From positions 1 through 40,819 of IMG/VR virus record IMGVR_UViG_3300012980_000010: DNA of 40,819 bases. One strand, given 5' to 3'. Made by a program: the position numbers and the translations under genes. The notes beneath the pieces were generated by a model. That model was not told the DNA's origin and made no database searches. It was given only the letters and a program-made list of their open reading frames with translations. This stretch comes from a virus. Its lineage: Duplodnaviria; Caudoviricetes. The stretch's first letter is position 1. Each line of letters starts with the position of its first letter. Of this stretch, positions 14,228 through 23,845 are shown in pieces.

Positions 14228-15154
14228 ATGAAGCGGCCATCATTCCAGTTTTACCCTGGCGACTGGCAGGCAAACAGCAATCTTCGCCGCTGCACCCACG
14301 AAGAAAAAGGCATCTGGCTTGATGTCATGTGCCTCCTGCACGACCAGGAGGAATACGGCATTGCCAGATGGACACTAAAGGAGCTAGCCAAGGCGATTGG
14401 TACAACCGTTTCGAAGCTCAATGGGATCGTCAATAAAGGGGTGTTGAAGGGGGCTGACCACGGGACTGTATGCCAGGCGCTCATTTATATTCCAAGGTCT
14501 GGCAGGAAGGATGGCGATCCCGTTACTTTGATCGAATCCCAACCAGGGCCTCTTTGGTATTCATCAAGGATGGTCATTGATGAGTACAAACGCATTGTCC
14601 GTGGAGAAGCTGGGGAAGCATCAAAGGACGCACCAAAGCCATCACCAAAGGGTGGTATTGGTGAAGCACCAAAGCAATCACCTGACGATCACCTTTCACG
14701 CGCGCGCCCGTCATCTTCATCTTTATCTTCTACTTCAGAAACAAAAACACCCGCGCCGGCCGAGCCGGCACGATTCGATGCTTTGAGCGCCTTGAAGGCT
14801 TTGGAAGTGCCAGAACCGTTCGCCAAGGATTACCTGGCTATCAGGAAAACGAAACGCTTGCCCCTCACGGAAACGGCCCTAAAAGCCCTTCTTCGGGAGT
14901 TTTCCAAGGCCGGATTGTCAGCGCCTGATGCCATCAAGAAATGCTGCGAAGAAAGCTGGGCCGGGTTCAAGGCGGAATGGGTGACTGACCAAGGCGGCAA
15001 CGGGAAACAGGGCGACAAATCCTGGATGTTCAGCGAGAAGGGCATCGAGGCTAAAGCGAGGGAATTGGGCATCAGGGCTACGGGCCACGACAGCTATCAC
15101 ACGCTCAAGCAGAAATGCCTGGACAGGATTGCGTTGGGGAGCGCCGCCCCATGA
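14228..15154 (+). CDS. Phage replication initiation protein (O-like, DUF1376/YdaU-like N-terminus)
   Basis: RPSFQFYPGDW...EEKGIWLDVMCLLH; low-complexity linker with iterons; C-terminal RKTKRLPLTETA...WAGFKAEW. Confidence 0.8.
   Translation: MKRPSFQFYPGDWQANSNLRRCTHEEKGIWLDVMCLLHDQEEYGIARWTLKELAKAIGTTVSKLNGIVNKGVLKGADHGTVCQALIYIPRSGRKDGDPVTLIESQPGPLWYSSRMVIDEYKRIVRGEAGEASKDAPKPSPKGGIGEAPKQSPDDHLSRARPSSSSLSSTSETKTPAPAEPARFDALSALKALEVPEPFAKDYLAIRKTKRLPLTETALKALLREFSKAGLSAPDAIKKCCEESWAGFKAEWVTDQGGNGKQGDKSWMFSEKGIEAKARELGIRATGHDSYHTLKQKCLDRIALGSAAP
14618..14740 (+). repeat. Probable replication-origin iterons within the initiator gene
   Basis: GCACCAAAGCCATCACC (14630-14646) and GCACCAAAGCAATCACC (14666-14682), an additional CACCAAAG and GCATCAAAG, then a TCT-rich tract. 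Confidence 0.6.
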
Positions 15155-15384
15155 CCCCTCTACAAGCCCATCGCCACATGGTGGCCACCAGCAAAACACA
15201 GGTCCATCCGGCCCGGTTGTACGACCAGGCTCCTGGCCGGGAATCTGGAAAGTTTTCAGAATCGGGTATTACCTCATGGCTGCGCGGACCAGCGCATCGA
15301 GCGGCTATGGATGCCCATGACCGCATGCAGATGGCGTGCGGAATCCAGGTGCATCGGAAAAAGATGGGAGGTTGGGGCAAATGA
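15151..15384 (+). CDS. Hypothetical protein
   Basis: ATGA overlaps on both sides. Confidence 0.55.
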   Translation: MTPLQAHRHMVATSKTQVHPARLYDQAPGRESGKFSESGITSWLRGPAHRAAMDAHDRMQMACGIQVHRKKMGGWGK

Positions 15385-15920
15385 GCAAAATCACCGTCCA
15401 GCGCACCGATCGAGCGATGCCCCAAGGCGTCAGCCTGGATTACGTGCGCGAGCTCCTGTTCGGGATATTCGATGGTTTTGGGGACAATTCGCGCAAGGCG
15501 TGGCGTGGCCTGTGGCGTCGCCTTATCAACTTCGAGCCTGGCGAAATGGTCCAGGTCGAGTTCATTGTCCCAAGAAACCCAAAGTTTCACCGCAAGTTCT
15601 TCGCCCTCCTGCAGGTTGGTTATGACGCCTGGGAGCCTGGTCGCAAGCACAAAACCCACAAAGGCATGCCGGTGGCAAAGAACTTCGAGCAATTCCGGGA
15701 GGACATCACGATCCTTGCCGGATTCTACGAGCAGACCTTTGACCTTCAGGGCCGAATGACCCTGCGCGCCAAGTCCATCAGTTTCGCCAACATGGAGGAT
15801 CCCGAGTTCGAGCAGCTGTATTCGGCTGTGGCTGATGTGCTCCTGCAGCACATCCTGACCAAGTACGCCGGCCGCGAGGAATTGGACAACGTGGTCAACC
15901 AGGTGTTGGGGTTTTTATGA
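15381..15920 (+). CDS. DUF1367-family (nin-region) protein
   Basis: PRNPKFHRKFFALL...FEQFREDITILAGFY...AKSISFANMEDPEFEQLY. Confidence 0.85.
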   Translation: MSKITVQRTDRAMPQGVSLDYVRELLFGIFDGFGDNSRKAWRGLWRRLINFEPGEMVQVEFIVPRNPKFHRKFFALLQVGYDAWEPGRKHKTHKGMPVAKNFEQFREDITILAGFYEQTFDLQGRMTLRAKSISFANMEDPEFEQLYSAVADVLLQHILTKYAGREELDNVVNQVLGFL

Positions 15921-16357
15921 GCGGAGTCTTTTTCGTGGTCCCGGGTGTTCCGGTTGGGAAAGGGAGGCCGAAGTTCGCGCGCCGCGGTAACTTCGTGGCA
16001 ACTTACACGCCGGCGAAAACGGCCAGCTACGAGAACCTGGTCAAGTTGGCAGCGCACACCGCCATGCGTGGGAAGCCGCCGATCGAGGGCCCGGTGCGCC
16101 TCGAGCTGAAAATGTTTGTGCCGGCGCCGGCGTCCTGGTCTCGGAAAAAGCGGGAGCTGGCCCTCGGGGGTGCCGTGTTACCCACCACCAAGCCTGACAT
16201 CGACAACGTGCTGAAAGGGATCTGCGACGCCATGAACGGCGTGGTATTCCTGGATGACAAGCAAGTGTGCGAGGTCAGCGTCACGAAGCGTTACGCTGCC
16301 ACCCCGGAAGTCGCTGTCCACGTGGCCGAAATGTCGTTTATCGAGGCTGCGGCTTGA
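15917..16357 (+). CDS. rusA: RusA-family Holliday junction resolvase
   Basis: PVGKGRPKF...KPDIDNVLKGICDAMNGVVFLDDKQV. Confidence 0.92.
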   Translation: MSGVFFVVPGVPVGKGRPKFARRGNFVATYTPAKTASYENLVKLAAHTAMRGKPPIEGPVRLELKMFVPAPASWSRKKRELALGGAVLPTTKPDIDNVLKGICDAMNGVVFLDDKQVCEVSVTKRYAATPEVAVHVAEMSFIEAAA

Positions 16358-16650
16358 TGTACCGCTCCAAAAAGCTGCTCGATGCCGCACGCGAGATCCC
16401 GAATTGCATGGGCTGCGGCAAGCATAACGATGGGTCGGTCGTTATGGCCCATGCGAACTGGAGCGAATACGGAAAATCCATGGGCATGAAGGCCCATGAC
16501 TGGGCAATAGCTGCCCTGGGCACGAATTGCTGTCATGGCCAGCTGGACGATGGCAAGGAAATGACCCGGGCAGAGCGCAAGGAGTTCTGGCGCCGGGCGC
16601 ACGTCAAGACACTGGAGTGGCTTTTTGAGACGGGAAGGGTAAAAGCATGA
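16357..16650 (+). CDS. DUF1364/YbcO-like zinc-binding nuclease-domain protein
   Basis: YRSKKLLDAAR...CMGCG...VVMAHAN...GMKAHD...CHGQLD. Confidence 0.75.
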   Translation: MYRSKKLLDAAREIPNCMGCGKHNDGSVVMAHANWSEYGKSMGMKAHDWAIAALGTNCCHGQLDDGKEMTRAERKEFWRRAHVKTLEWLFETGRVKA

Positions 16651-16859
16651 CCCTCCAGGCGTGGGAGTACGGCGACCCCCAGGATGTGGCGGCGCGCCGC
16701 GAAGCCGAATCAAGAGCAAAGGAGCGAGCCTGTGGCGAGTGCATGCACAAACGAATCACGGAGCAGGGCGGCGAATTCATACCGCAGTGTCTGTTCAAAC
16801 GCCGGACATTTGGGCGCCGATGTGATCTATTTCAACGGGAGGAACCGAATGGAAGCTGA
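16647..16859 (+). CDS. Small Cys-containing hypothetical protein
   Basis: YGDPQDVAARRE...CGECMH...C...C; coupled to neighbours. Confidence 0.6.
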   Translation: MTLQAWEYGDPQDVAARREAESRAKERACGECMHKRITEQGGEFIPQCLFKRRTFGRRCDLFQREEPNGS

Positions 16860-17358
16860 AATCCCACTGTTCAGATCCTCGCATGACGCGCTGCGGTTCG
16901 CCTATCTGTTCAACGCCCAGCAGTACGCCATGACGCCCATGGCCAAGCTGATGGGAGGGCACGGCAGCGGCAAAGGCCTCGTCGGGGTAGACGGTGCAGC
17001 CCAGGCCGGCATGATCCGGGCAGAGGTCGAGCGGTTGCCCGTGATTGAGCGCAGCTGCATCATTGCCCGTTATTCCCATGACGCTAAGGAAAAGATACCC
17101 GCCCAGATTGCTCTGGTCGAGCCAGTCATTATTTGGATCGGGGGTGTTCAGCATCGGCGCATGATTGAGCAGCTGATCCTTCGGTTCTACGGCAAAAAGG
17201 TGAATCTGGGCTCGCTGGCGGACTACTTTGGCGTGAATCCGTCCACCACGACCCGCAAGTGGCAACGCGTCCGCGACCGCCTCATGGATGTTCAGTATCG
17301 CGCCTCCATTTTGATCGATGACAGGCTGACTGCCGTCGGCTGCGTGGAATACGACTAG
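16849..17358 (+). CDS. Putative late regulator (Q-like, sigma region 4-type HTH)
   Basis: C-terminal HTH LGSLADYFGVNPSTTTRKW; last gene before the late promoter and terminator. Confidence 0.65.
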   Translation: MEAEIPLFRSSHDALRFAYLFNAQQYAMTPMAKLMGGHGSGKGLVGVDGAAQAGMIRAEVERLPVIERSCIIARYSHDAKEKIPAQIALVEPVIIWIGGVQHRRMIEQLILRFYGKKVNLGSLADYFGVNPSTTTRKWQRVRDRLMDVQYRASILIDDRLTAVGCVEYD

Positions 17359-17378
17359 GCAAAAAGATAAACAAATGC

Positions 17379-17406
17379 TTGACATGCAATTTTTACCCCG
17401 TAGAAT
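17379..17406 (+). promoter_or_regulatory. Late promoter (pR'-like)
   Basis: TTGACA-16 bp-TAGAAT immediately after the Q-like gene. Confidence 0.65.
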
Positions 17407-17441
17407 CGGGGTTATTCGATACACCTCAAAATTTCGTCCAG

Positions 17442-17463
17442 ACCCCGCCAAGTGCGGGGTTTT
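17442..17463 (+). terminator. tR'-like intrinsic terminator
   Basis: ACCCCGC-CAAGT-GCGGGGT-TTT. Confidence 0.6.
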
Positions 17464-17611
17464 GCATTTCTGAGTCTGGGAATTGTCCCAGCCATGGCAA
17501 CGAGATCGGCGTCCCGAGAGCGAGCGACCCCGGCCTCCAGACAGTTTCCAGACACAGAAACGTCCAGAACTCCTCCGTGTTGATTTGGAATAGCAGCGAT
17601 CGACACCTTCG

Positions 17612-17634
17612 CCCGGCCTCGTGCCGGGTTTTTT
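17612..17634 (+). terminator. Second late-leader terminator
   Basis: CCCGGC-CTCGT-GCCGGG-TTTTTT. Confidence 0.7.
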
Positions 17635-17649
17635 ATTCGCAGGACCCCA

Positions 17650-18174
17650 ATGGCGCGACCGTCCAAGCTGAAACCCGAACAATGGGTTGAGATCGAACGC
17701 CGGGTGGCTGAAGGCGAAAGCATCAGCGCCATAGCCAGGGAATTCAAGCTGGCTGAGTCTACTGTTCGTGAGCGCGTTTCCGCGAAGGCGCGGAAAATAA
17801 AAAACGTAGCCAATCAGATAGTTAAAACAGAACAGGCGCTTGCAGCTTTGCCCATTTCCGCGAGGTTAACGGCGGTCGGATTATCCCAGAAACTGTTGGC
17901 CATCAGCGTGAACCTGGCAACAGCGGCAGAGCTGGGAACGGGCACCTCTGTTCGGTTGGCCCAGATAGCAAACGAGCACGCCCAAGCCATTGACGACGCG
18001 GACCCAACGAAATCCAAAGACACGCTGATGATCGTGGACGGCTTGACCAAGATGTCCAACGAGGCCGCCAAGACCGGCTTGAACCTATTGGCCGCGAATA
18101 AGGGAACGTCGTACACGCCCACGGAGCCCACAGATTCTGATCTGGATGCGGCTCGGAAGTTGTTCAGTGAATGA
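17650..18174 (+). CDS. Terminase small subunit (putative)
   Basis: MARPSKL...N-terminal HTH; directly upstream of terL. Confidence 0.7.
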   Translation: MARPSKLKPEQWVEIERRVAEGESISAIAREFKLAESTVRERVSAKARKIKNVANQIVKTEQALAALPISARLTAVGLSQKLLAISVNLATAAELGTGTSVRLAQIANEHAQAIDDADPTKSKDTLMIVDGLTKMSNEAAKTGLNLLAANKGTSYTPTEPTDSDLDAARKLFSE

Positions 18175-19552
18175 GATACAGCGCGCCATCCATGAGTCAC
18201 GCCGGGATCTGCTGACCTTCACCCGGTGGATGTTCTGGAAGCAGCGCCGACAGGACTGGGTAACAAATTTCCACCACCGGATTATTTGTGACGCCTTGAT
18301 GGATGTGGTGCGCGGCAAGACCAAGCGCTTGATCATCAACATTCCGCCGCGGTACAGCAAAACGGCGCTGATTCAGCATTTCGTGTCCTGGACGCTCGGG
18401 CTGTTTCCGGATTCCGAGTACATCTACACCAGCTACAGCGGCACGTTGGCCGAGGACAACTCCTGGCAGACGCGTGATCTTGTGGGGTCGGAGGGGTTTC
18501 GAGAGATTTTCCCGGATGTTCTGATCCGCGCTGACGCAAGCAGGCGTGATAACTGGCGCACTACCAACGGCGGCAGCATCTATGCGGCGGGCACCGGTGG
18601 GGCTATCACCGGCTTTGGTGGAGGCAAGGAGCGCTCCGGTTTCGGAGGGGCGCTGATCATTGATGACCCTCACAAGCCAGATGAGGTGCGTTCTGACGTC
18701 GTGCGCACGAAGGTGATTGACTGGTTTCAAAACACCTTTGAGAGTCGCAAGAACAGCCCAGAACGCACGCCGATCATCCTGATCATGCAGCGACTGCATG
18801 AGGAAGATTTGGCCGGATGGCTTCTGAACGGTGGCAATGGGGAAAAGTGGGACCACATCTGTCTGCCGGCAATTCAGGATGACGGCACCGCGTTATGGCC
18901 GGCCAAGCATCCGATCGAGGCGCTGCGCCGGATGGAGCAGGCAAGCCCGTACACCTTCGCCGGCCAGTACATGCAGCGGCCATCCCCAGCTGAGGGGGGG
19001 CTGTTCAAGCCTGACCGGATCGAGGTCGTCGATGCAGTCCCTTACGGTCAGATCGAATGGGTGCGCGGCTGGGATTTGGCCTCGGTCACCAACGGCGGCG
19101 ACTGGACTGCCGGCGGCAAGTTGGGGCGATTGCCTGATGGACGTTTTCTGATCGCCGACATGGTGCGGGTGCAGGAAGGACCCGACACGCGCGACGCCAT
19201 CATGCTTAACACTGCGAAACGCGACACCTTCCAGGTGAAGGTGGATATTCCACAAGACCCTGGACAGGCCGGAAAGACCCAAGTGGCCTACCTGACCCGC
19301 CAATTCGCGGGCTTCAATATCGTGAGCAGCCCGGAATCGGGGGACAAGGTGACGCGGGCAGAGCCGTTTGCGGCCCAGGTCAATGTGGGAAATGTCCTGA
19401 TGTTGCGTGGTCCATGGAATGACGCGCTGCTGGATGAAATGCGAATGTTTCCAAATGGAGCTTATGACGACCAGATCGACAGTTTAAGCCGGGCCTTTGC
19501 CGGGTTGATCAATAGCACCGACCTCGAAATTTGGGCCAAACTGGGCACTTAA
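18167..19552 (+). CDS. terL: Terminase large subunit
   Basis: INIPPRYSKT (Walker A), LIIDDPHK (Walker B), IMQRLHEEDL, GWDLA and DDQIDSLS nuclease motifs. Confidence 0.96.
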   Translation: MNEIQRAIHESRRDLLTFTRWMFWKQRRQDWVTNFHHRIICDALMDVVRGKTKRLIINIPPRYSKTALIQHFVSWTLGLFPDSEYIYTSYSGTLAEDNSWQTRDLVGSEGFREIFPDVLIRADASRRDNWRTTNGGSIYAAGTGGAITGFGGGKERSGFGGALIIDDPHKPDEVRSDVVRTKVIDWFQNTFESRKNSPERTPIILIMQRLHEEDLAGWLLNGGNGEKWDHICLPAIQDDGTALWPAKHPIEALRRMEQASPYTFAGQYMQRPSPAEGGLFKPDRIEVVDAVPYGQIEWVRGWDLASVTNGGDWTAGGKLGRLPDGRFLIADMVRVQEGPDTRDAIMLNTAKRDTFQVKVDIPQDPGQAGKTQVAYLTRQFAGFNIVSSPESGDKVTRAEPFAAQVNVGNVLMLRGPWNDALLDEMRMFPNGAYDDQIDSLSRAFAGLINSTDLEIWAKLGT

Positions 19553-19554
19553 AC

Positions 19555-20934
19555 ATGACCGATAAAGCAACTCCGACGCTGGATAACTTCCAGAATTTCC
19601 AGGCCGCCCTGGGGCTCGGTGCAGACAACCAGATCAGCAACAGCACCTACGGCTTCAACCCCATCACCCGGTTGCGCCTGCAGCTTGAATGGATGTACCG
19701 GGGAAGCTGGCTGGTGGGTGCAGCGGTGGACGCCCCCGCTGATGATATGTGCCGGGCGGGGATTGAGTTCGAGTCCGTTCTTGAGCCTGAAAGCGCTGAG
19801 GAACTTCAAGCCGCCGTGCAGGACTTCGGTATCTGGGGATCGCTGGCCAAGGTCATCAAGTGGTCGCGGCTGTATGGCGGGGCTCTTGGCTACATCATGA
19901 TCGCCGGGCAAGACCCAGAAAGCCCGTTGATGCTCAAAACCATCGGGGAAGGGCAGTTCCTGGGGATTATGCCCCTGGATCGCTGGATGGTTCAGCCCAC
20001 CATGGGCCAGCTCATCACCGACCTGGGGCCTGACTTTGGCCTGCCCAAATATTACGACCTGGTGCAGACCGTTCCGACCGAGAATTACTGGCCGCGCATC
20101 CATCACAGCCGTGTGATCCGCATGGTGGGCATTGAGCTACCCTGGAACCAGGCGCAGACCGAAATGATGTGGGGTGAGTCCGTCATTGAACGGCTCTACG
20201 ACCGGCTGGTGTCCTATGACAGCACCAGTGCTGGGGCCGCGCAGCTTGTCTATAAGGCGCACCTTCGCATCATGAAGGTGGCGGGGTTGCGGAACATCAT
20301 CGCGGCTGGTGGGCCAGCCATGGCAGGCCTGACGGCGCAGATCAGTACCATGCGCTCAACGCAGTCCAGTGAGGGCATCACCCTGGTGGACGGCCAGGAC
20401 GAATTTGAAGCGCAGTCCTACACCTTCGCGGGGCTGTCGGACATCATGTTGCAGTTCGGCCAGCAAATCAGCGGCGCTTTGCAGATTCCGCTGGTTCGGC
20501 TTTTCGGGCAATCCCCCGGTGGCCTGAACAGCACGGGCGAGTCAGACCTGCGCACGTATTACGATCACCTGGCGAAAGAGCAGGAAACCAAGCTCCGGCG
20601 CCCGCTGGTCAAGATTCTGGACATCATGAGCCGGAGTATCCTGAACGAGCCGCTGCCCAAGGGCTTCCGGTTCAAGTTCAACCCCATGTGGCTGATCACG
20701 GACAAGGAGCGCGCTGAAATCGGTACGGCCAACACGGATTCGGTGATCAAGGCCTTCGAGTCCTCGCTCATCAGCCAGGGTACGGCGCTGAAGGAATTGC
20801 GGAAGGCGTCGCATATCACTGGTCTGTTCACGAACATCACCGACGAGGAAATCAAGGACGCGGACGACAGGCCGCCCTTGGCGACCGAAGTTACTGGAGA
20901 TCCCAATGCTGACGAAGGACGACCGGCAGGGTGA
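19555..20934 (+). CDS. Portal protein (DUF1073 type)
   Basis: MYRGSWL...VDAPADDMCR...IHHSRVI...IPLVRLFGQSPGGLNSTGESDLRTYYD; follows terL. Confidence 0.9.
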   Translation: MTDKATPTLDNFQNFQAALGLGADNQISNSTYGFNPITRLRLQLEWMYRGSWLVGAAVDAPADDMCRAGIEFESVLEPESAEELQAAVQDFGIWGSLAKVIKWSRLYGGALGYIMIAGQDPESPLMLKTIGEGQFLGIMPLDRWMVQPTMGQLITDLGPDFGLPKYYDLVQTVPTENYWPRIHHSRVIRMVGIELPWNQAQTEMMWGESVIERLYDRLVSYDSTSAGAAQLVYKAHLRIMKVAGLRNIIAAGGPAMAGLTAQISTMRSTQSSEGITLVDGQDEFEAQSYTFAGLSDIMLQFGQQISGALQIPLVRLFGQSPGGLNSTGESDLRTYYDHLAKEQETKLRRPLVKILDIMSRSILNEPLPKGFRFKFNPMWLITDKERAEIGTANTDSVIKAFESSLISQGTALKELRKASHITGLFTNITDEEIKDADDRPPLATEVTGDPNADEGRPAG

Positions 20935-21649
20935 TTCCTTCGTCAAGTCGCGCTGGATCGAGCTGCAATATGCCCGTCAACTGCGCGACGTAGCCCGGCA
21001 GGTAGGCCGCATCATTGACAGCCATGACACCTCAACGATGGCTGGGATCACCCGCATGAAAGGTGCGCTGGCGCAGTACGCCACGATCATCAAGCCCTGG
21101 GCGGTAAAGACGGGCCAGCATATCGCGGACAAGCTGGATCGCCAGGACTTCTCCATGTGGCGCAAGCAGTCCATCCATATCAGCAAGCGCCTCCGGGCGA
21201 TGGTTGAGCGTGATCCTGCTGGCGACGCGATCCGCGACTTCCTGGAGCGGCAGGTGAAGTACATCACCAGCCTGCCCATTGAAGCCGGGGAGCGGGTTCA
21301 GGCCTTGGCGCTGGAAGCCCGCATTACCGGCAAGCGGTACGACGAGATCAAGGCCGAAATAGCCCGTTCCGGTGAAGTGACCGAATCGCGGGCGACCTTG
21401 ATTGCCAGAACCGAGTGCGCGCGCACGGGCTCAATTCTGACAGAAGTGCGGGCCCAAGCCATCGGCGCCACGCACTACGTTTGGCGCACCAGCAAGGACG
21501 AAGCGGTGCGGCCCAGCCATCGGGCGATGGAAGGGCAGGTGTGCGAGATTGGCAAGCCCCCTACATTGAGCGACGGCACCACGACCGCGCCTGGGCAGAT
21601 TTACAACTGCCGCTGTACCGCGCAGATCATCCTGCCTGACGACCTTTAA
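20906..21649 (+). CDS. Minor head protein (Mu gpF/SPP1 gp7-like)
   Basis: RATLIARTE...YVWRTSKDEAVRPSH...PGQIYNCRC. Confidence 0.9.
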   Translation: MLTKDDRQGDSFVKSRWIELQYARQLRDVARQVGRIIDSHDTSTMAGITRMKGALAQYATIIKPWAVKTGQHIADKLDRQDFSMWRKQSIHISKRLRAMVERDPAGDAIRDFLERQVKYITSLPIEAGERVQALALEARITGKRYDEIKAEIARSGEVTESRATLIARTECARTGSILTEVRAQAIGATHYVWRTSKDEAVRPSHRAMEGQVCEIGKPPTLSDGTTTAPGQIYNCRCTAQIILPDDL

Positions 21650-21664
21650 TCTACCGAGGAAACC

Positions 21665-22006
21665 ATGAAAAAAGCGGTTCTATTGATTGCCTGCTTGTGG
21701 GCAGGGCTGGCCTTTGCCATTGCTGGGAGCTACACGTTCACGGCGACCCCGGCCTATGTTGACCTCTCTAATATGCGGTCACCGATCACTGTGACGGCGA
21801 TCCCGGCTGCCTCTACGACGATTACCTGCTACCAGTCCACGACCCCAGGCGCGTTCACAACGCCCGGTAGCGCGACTTGGAGCGCCATTTCTGGGCTGAC
21901 CAGTATCACGGCCAACGCCACGGTTGCGCTGGCTTCACCGTACCAGGCCTTGAAATGTCTGGACACGGTGGGCACGGGATCCAGTACGGTCGAGGTCAAC
22001 TGGTAA
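21665..22006 (+). CDS. Thr/Ser-rich protein with signal peptide
   Basis: GAGGA RBS; MKKAVLLIACLWAGLAFA signal peptide; stop overlaps the next start. Confidence 0.65.
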   Translation: MKKAVLLIACLWAGLAFAIAGSYTFTATPAYVDLSNMRSPITVTAIPAASTTITCYQSTTPGAFTTPGSATWSAISGLTSITANATVALASPYQALKCLDTVGTGSSTVEVNW

Positions 22007-23208
22007 TGGCCGGGATTAAACGGCTGCTAACCGCCGACTCCATCCTGGTGACGGAGGAAATTGGCCCGAATCAGGCCTTGACCCCGGAGGGCTTCCTGCT
22101 GTGCAGCAATGTTCCCATCGCAAGGACGGGGACGCTGATGTATATGGCTGGGGAGCTTCCGGTAGAGCCGGACGAGCTGGGCTATATCCAGGTTACCCGG
22201 ACGCCAGAAGAAGTTTTCCACCCCAACGCAATCGCTTCATTCGAGGGCAAGCCCGTCACGAACCTGCACCCGGATGAGCTGGTCAATCCGGATACCTGGG
22301 GCGAAGTGGCGGTGGGAACGGTACAGAACGTTCGTCGGCAGGGTGACCTGCTGGTGGCCGATCTGCTGATTACGCAGGCCGACGCGATCAAGGATGTGCA
22401 AAGCGGCTTGCGGGAAGTTTCGTGCGGCTATGAAGCTGAATACGAAGCAATGGGGCCGGGGAAGGCGCAGCAACGCGCAATCGTCGGCAATCACGTCGCG
22501 CTTGTCCCAAAAGGTCGGTGCGGATCAATCTGCTCAATAAAGGATCATGAACCTATGAAGCTGAAAACCTGGAAGGAGCGCATTCTGGCCGCGCTCAAAA
22601 CCAACGATCAGGCCACAATCAAGGCAACGGTGGATGCGATGTCTGACGAACCGGAGGCGGGCGACCTGCATATCCACCTGCCCGCCACGGAGGACAACGA
22701 GGAAGAAAACACCATCGAAGCCCGCGTGAAGCGCATCGAAGAAGCCCTGGCCAAGCTGACGGCGGCCAAGGATGCCGAAGGCGAAGACCCGGAAAAGAAG
22801 GACGACGAGGACGCTGACGACTATACCGGCGACTACAACAGCCTGTTGTCGAAAGCCGCCATCATCGCACCGGGGATTAACCTGACCGCGCCCACTGGCG
22901 ACGCCAAGAGCAAAGCGTTCAAAGACGCCATTTGCGGTTGCAAGATGCAGGCGCTTCGCCAGGCCTACGCTACCGACGCAGGGCGCGCGGCCATCGAACC
23001 CTTGCTGGCTGGCAAAACCCTGGATTCGCTCAAGGGCGGCCAACTGGCGATGGTCTTCAATGCTGCTGCTGTGCTGATGGCCAAGCACAACATGACCAAG
23101 GACACGAAGCCGCGCGGTGTGAATGACGCCATGCGTGACCGTGGTGCAACGCTGACGGCTAACATCGCCAAGATGCGCCAAGACCGTGCCCAGGCCTCGA
23201 AGTTCTAA
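22006..23208 (+). CDS. DUF2213 prohead protease/scaffold
   Basis: TPEGFLLCSNVPIARTG...SFEGKPVTNLHP...EVSCGY...GNHVALVPKGRCG; acidic scaffold-like C-terminus. Confidence 0.9.
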   Translation: MAGIKRLLTADSILVTEEIGPNQALTPEGFLLCSNVPIARTGTLMYMAGELPVEPDELGYIQVTRTPEEVFHPNAIASFEGKPVTNLHPDELVNPDTWGEVAVGTVQNVRRQGDLLVADLLITQADAIKDVQSGLREVSCGYEAEYEAMGPGKAQQRAIVGNHVALVPKGRCGSICSIKDHEPMKLKTWKERILAALKTNDQATIKATVDAMSDEPEAGDLHIHLPATEDNEEENTIEARVKRIEEALAKLTAAKDAEGEDPEKKDDEDADDYTGDYNSLLSKAAIIAPGINLTAPTGDAKSKAFKDAICGCKMQALRQAYATDAGRAAIEPLLAGKTLDSLKGGQLAMVFNAAAVLMAKHNMTKDTKPRGVNDAMRDRGATLTANIAKMRQDRAQASKF

Positions 23209-23232
23209 CCTGCCCCTTTAACCCCGCAATGT

Positions 23233-23257
23233 AACCCGCTTCGGCGGGTTTATTTTT
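23233..23257 (+). terminator. Intrinsic terminator-like hairpin
   Basis: AACCCGC-TTCG-GCGGGTT-TATTTTT. Confidence 0.65.
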
Positions 23258-23275
23258 GACCATTGGGAGAATCAA

Positions 23276-23779
23276 ATGTCTGCTTTCCTGTACCGTATGC
23301 CTTCTGGCATTCCGGGCGCTCTGTCCCGCGTGGGAGCCCCTGCCACTGTCGAACCGAACGTCATCCTCACCACCAACCCCCCGACCGCCTACGGCAACCC
23401 CGTTGCGGTTGACGCGGCAACGGGCCATGTGCGCCCCATCATCGGCGGCGATACCGCTGCCAGCGTGTACGGCTTCCTGGTGCGCCCGTTCCCCGCAGAA
23501 AGCGGCACGAACGCCCTGGGCACGGCCACGCCGCCCACTTCTGGCGGCTGTGACGTGGCCAAGCTGGGCTACATGACCGTGAAGGTCACCAACGGCACTC
23601 CTGCGAAAAATGGCGCTGTGTATATCCGTACGGTTCTCAACGGCGCTATCCCTGCTGGCCTGGTGGGTGACATTGAGGCTGTGGCGGACGGCACGAACAC
23701 CTTTGTGCTGCCCGGCGCCTACTTCACCGGGGCTGCTGACGCCAACGGCAACAGCGAGATCGCCTTCAACCTGATCTAA
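23276..23779 (+). CDS. Head decoration/cement protein
   Basis: AFLYRMPSGIPGALSR...YGFLVRPFP...GYMTVK; lies between protease and capsid genes. Confidence 0.75.
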   Translation: MSAFLYRMPSGIPGALSRVGAPATVEPNVILTTNPPTAYGNPVAVDAATGHVRPIIGGDTAASVYGFLVRPFPAESGTNALGTATPPTSGGCDVAKLGYMTVKVTNGTPAKNGAVYIRTVLNGAIPAGLVGDIEAVADGTNTFVLPGAYFTGAADANGNSEIAFNLI

Positions 23780-23802
23780 AGCCCTGATCACCGACTGACC
23801 TG

Positions 23803-23825
23803 AACCCGCTACGGCGGGTTTTTTT
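23803..23825 (+). terminator. Intrinsic terminator-like hairpin
   Basis: AACCCGC-TACG-GCGGGTT-TTTTT. Confidence 0.7.
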
Positions 23826-23845
23826 ACGTCCAAAGGAACCCGAAA

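Noticed and set aside
19555-20934. Anti-CBASS Acb1 label sometimes given to DUF1073 proteins
   Set aside because: Size, motifs and position between terL and the minor head gene indicate a portal protein
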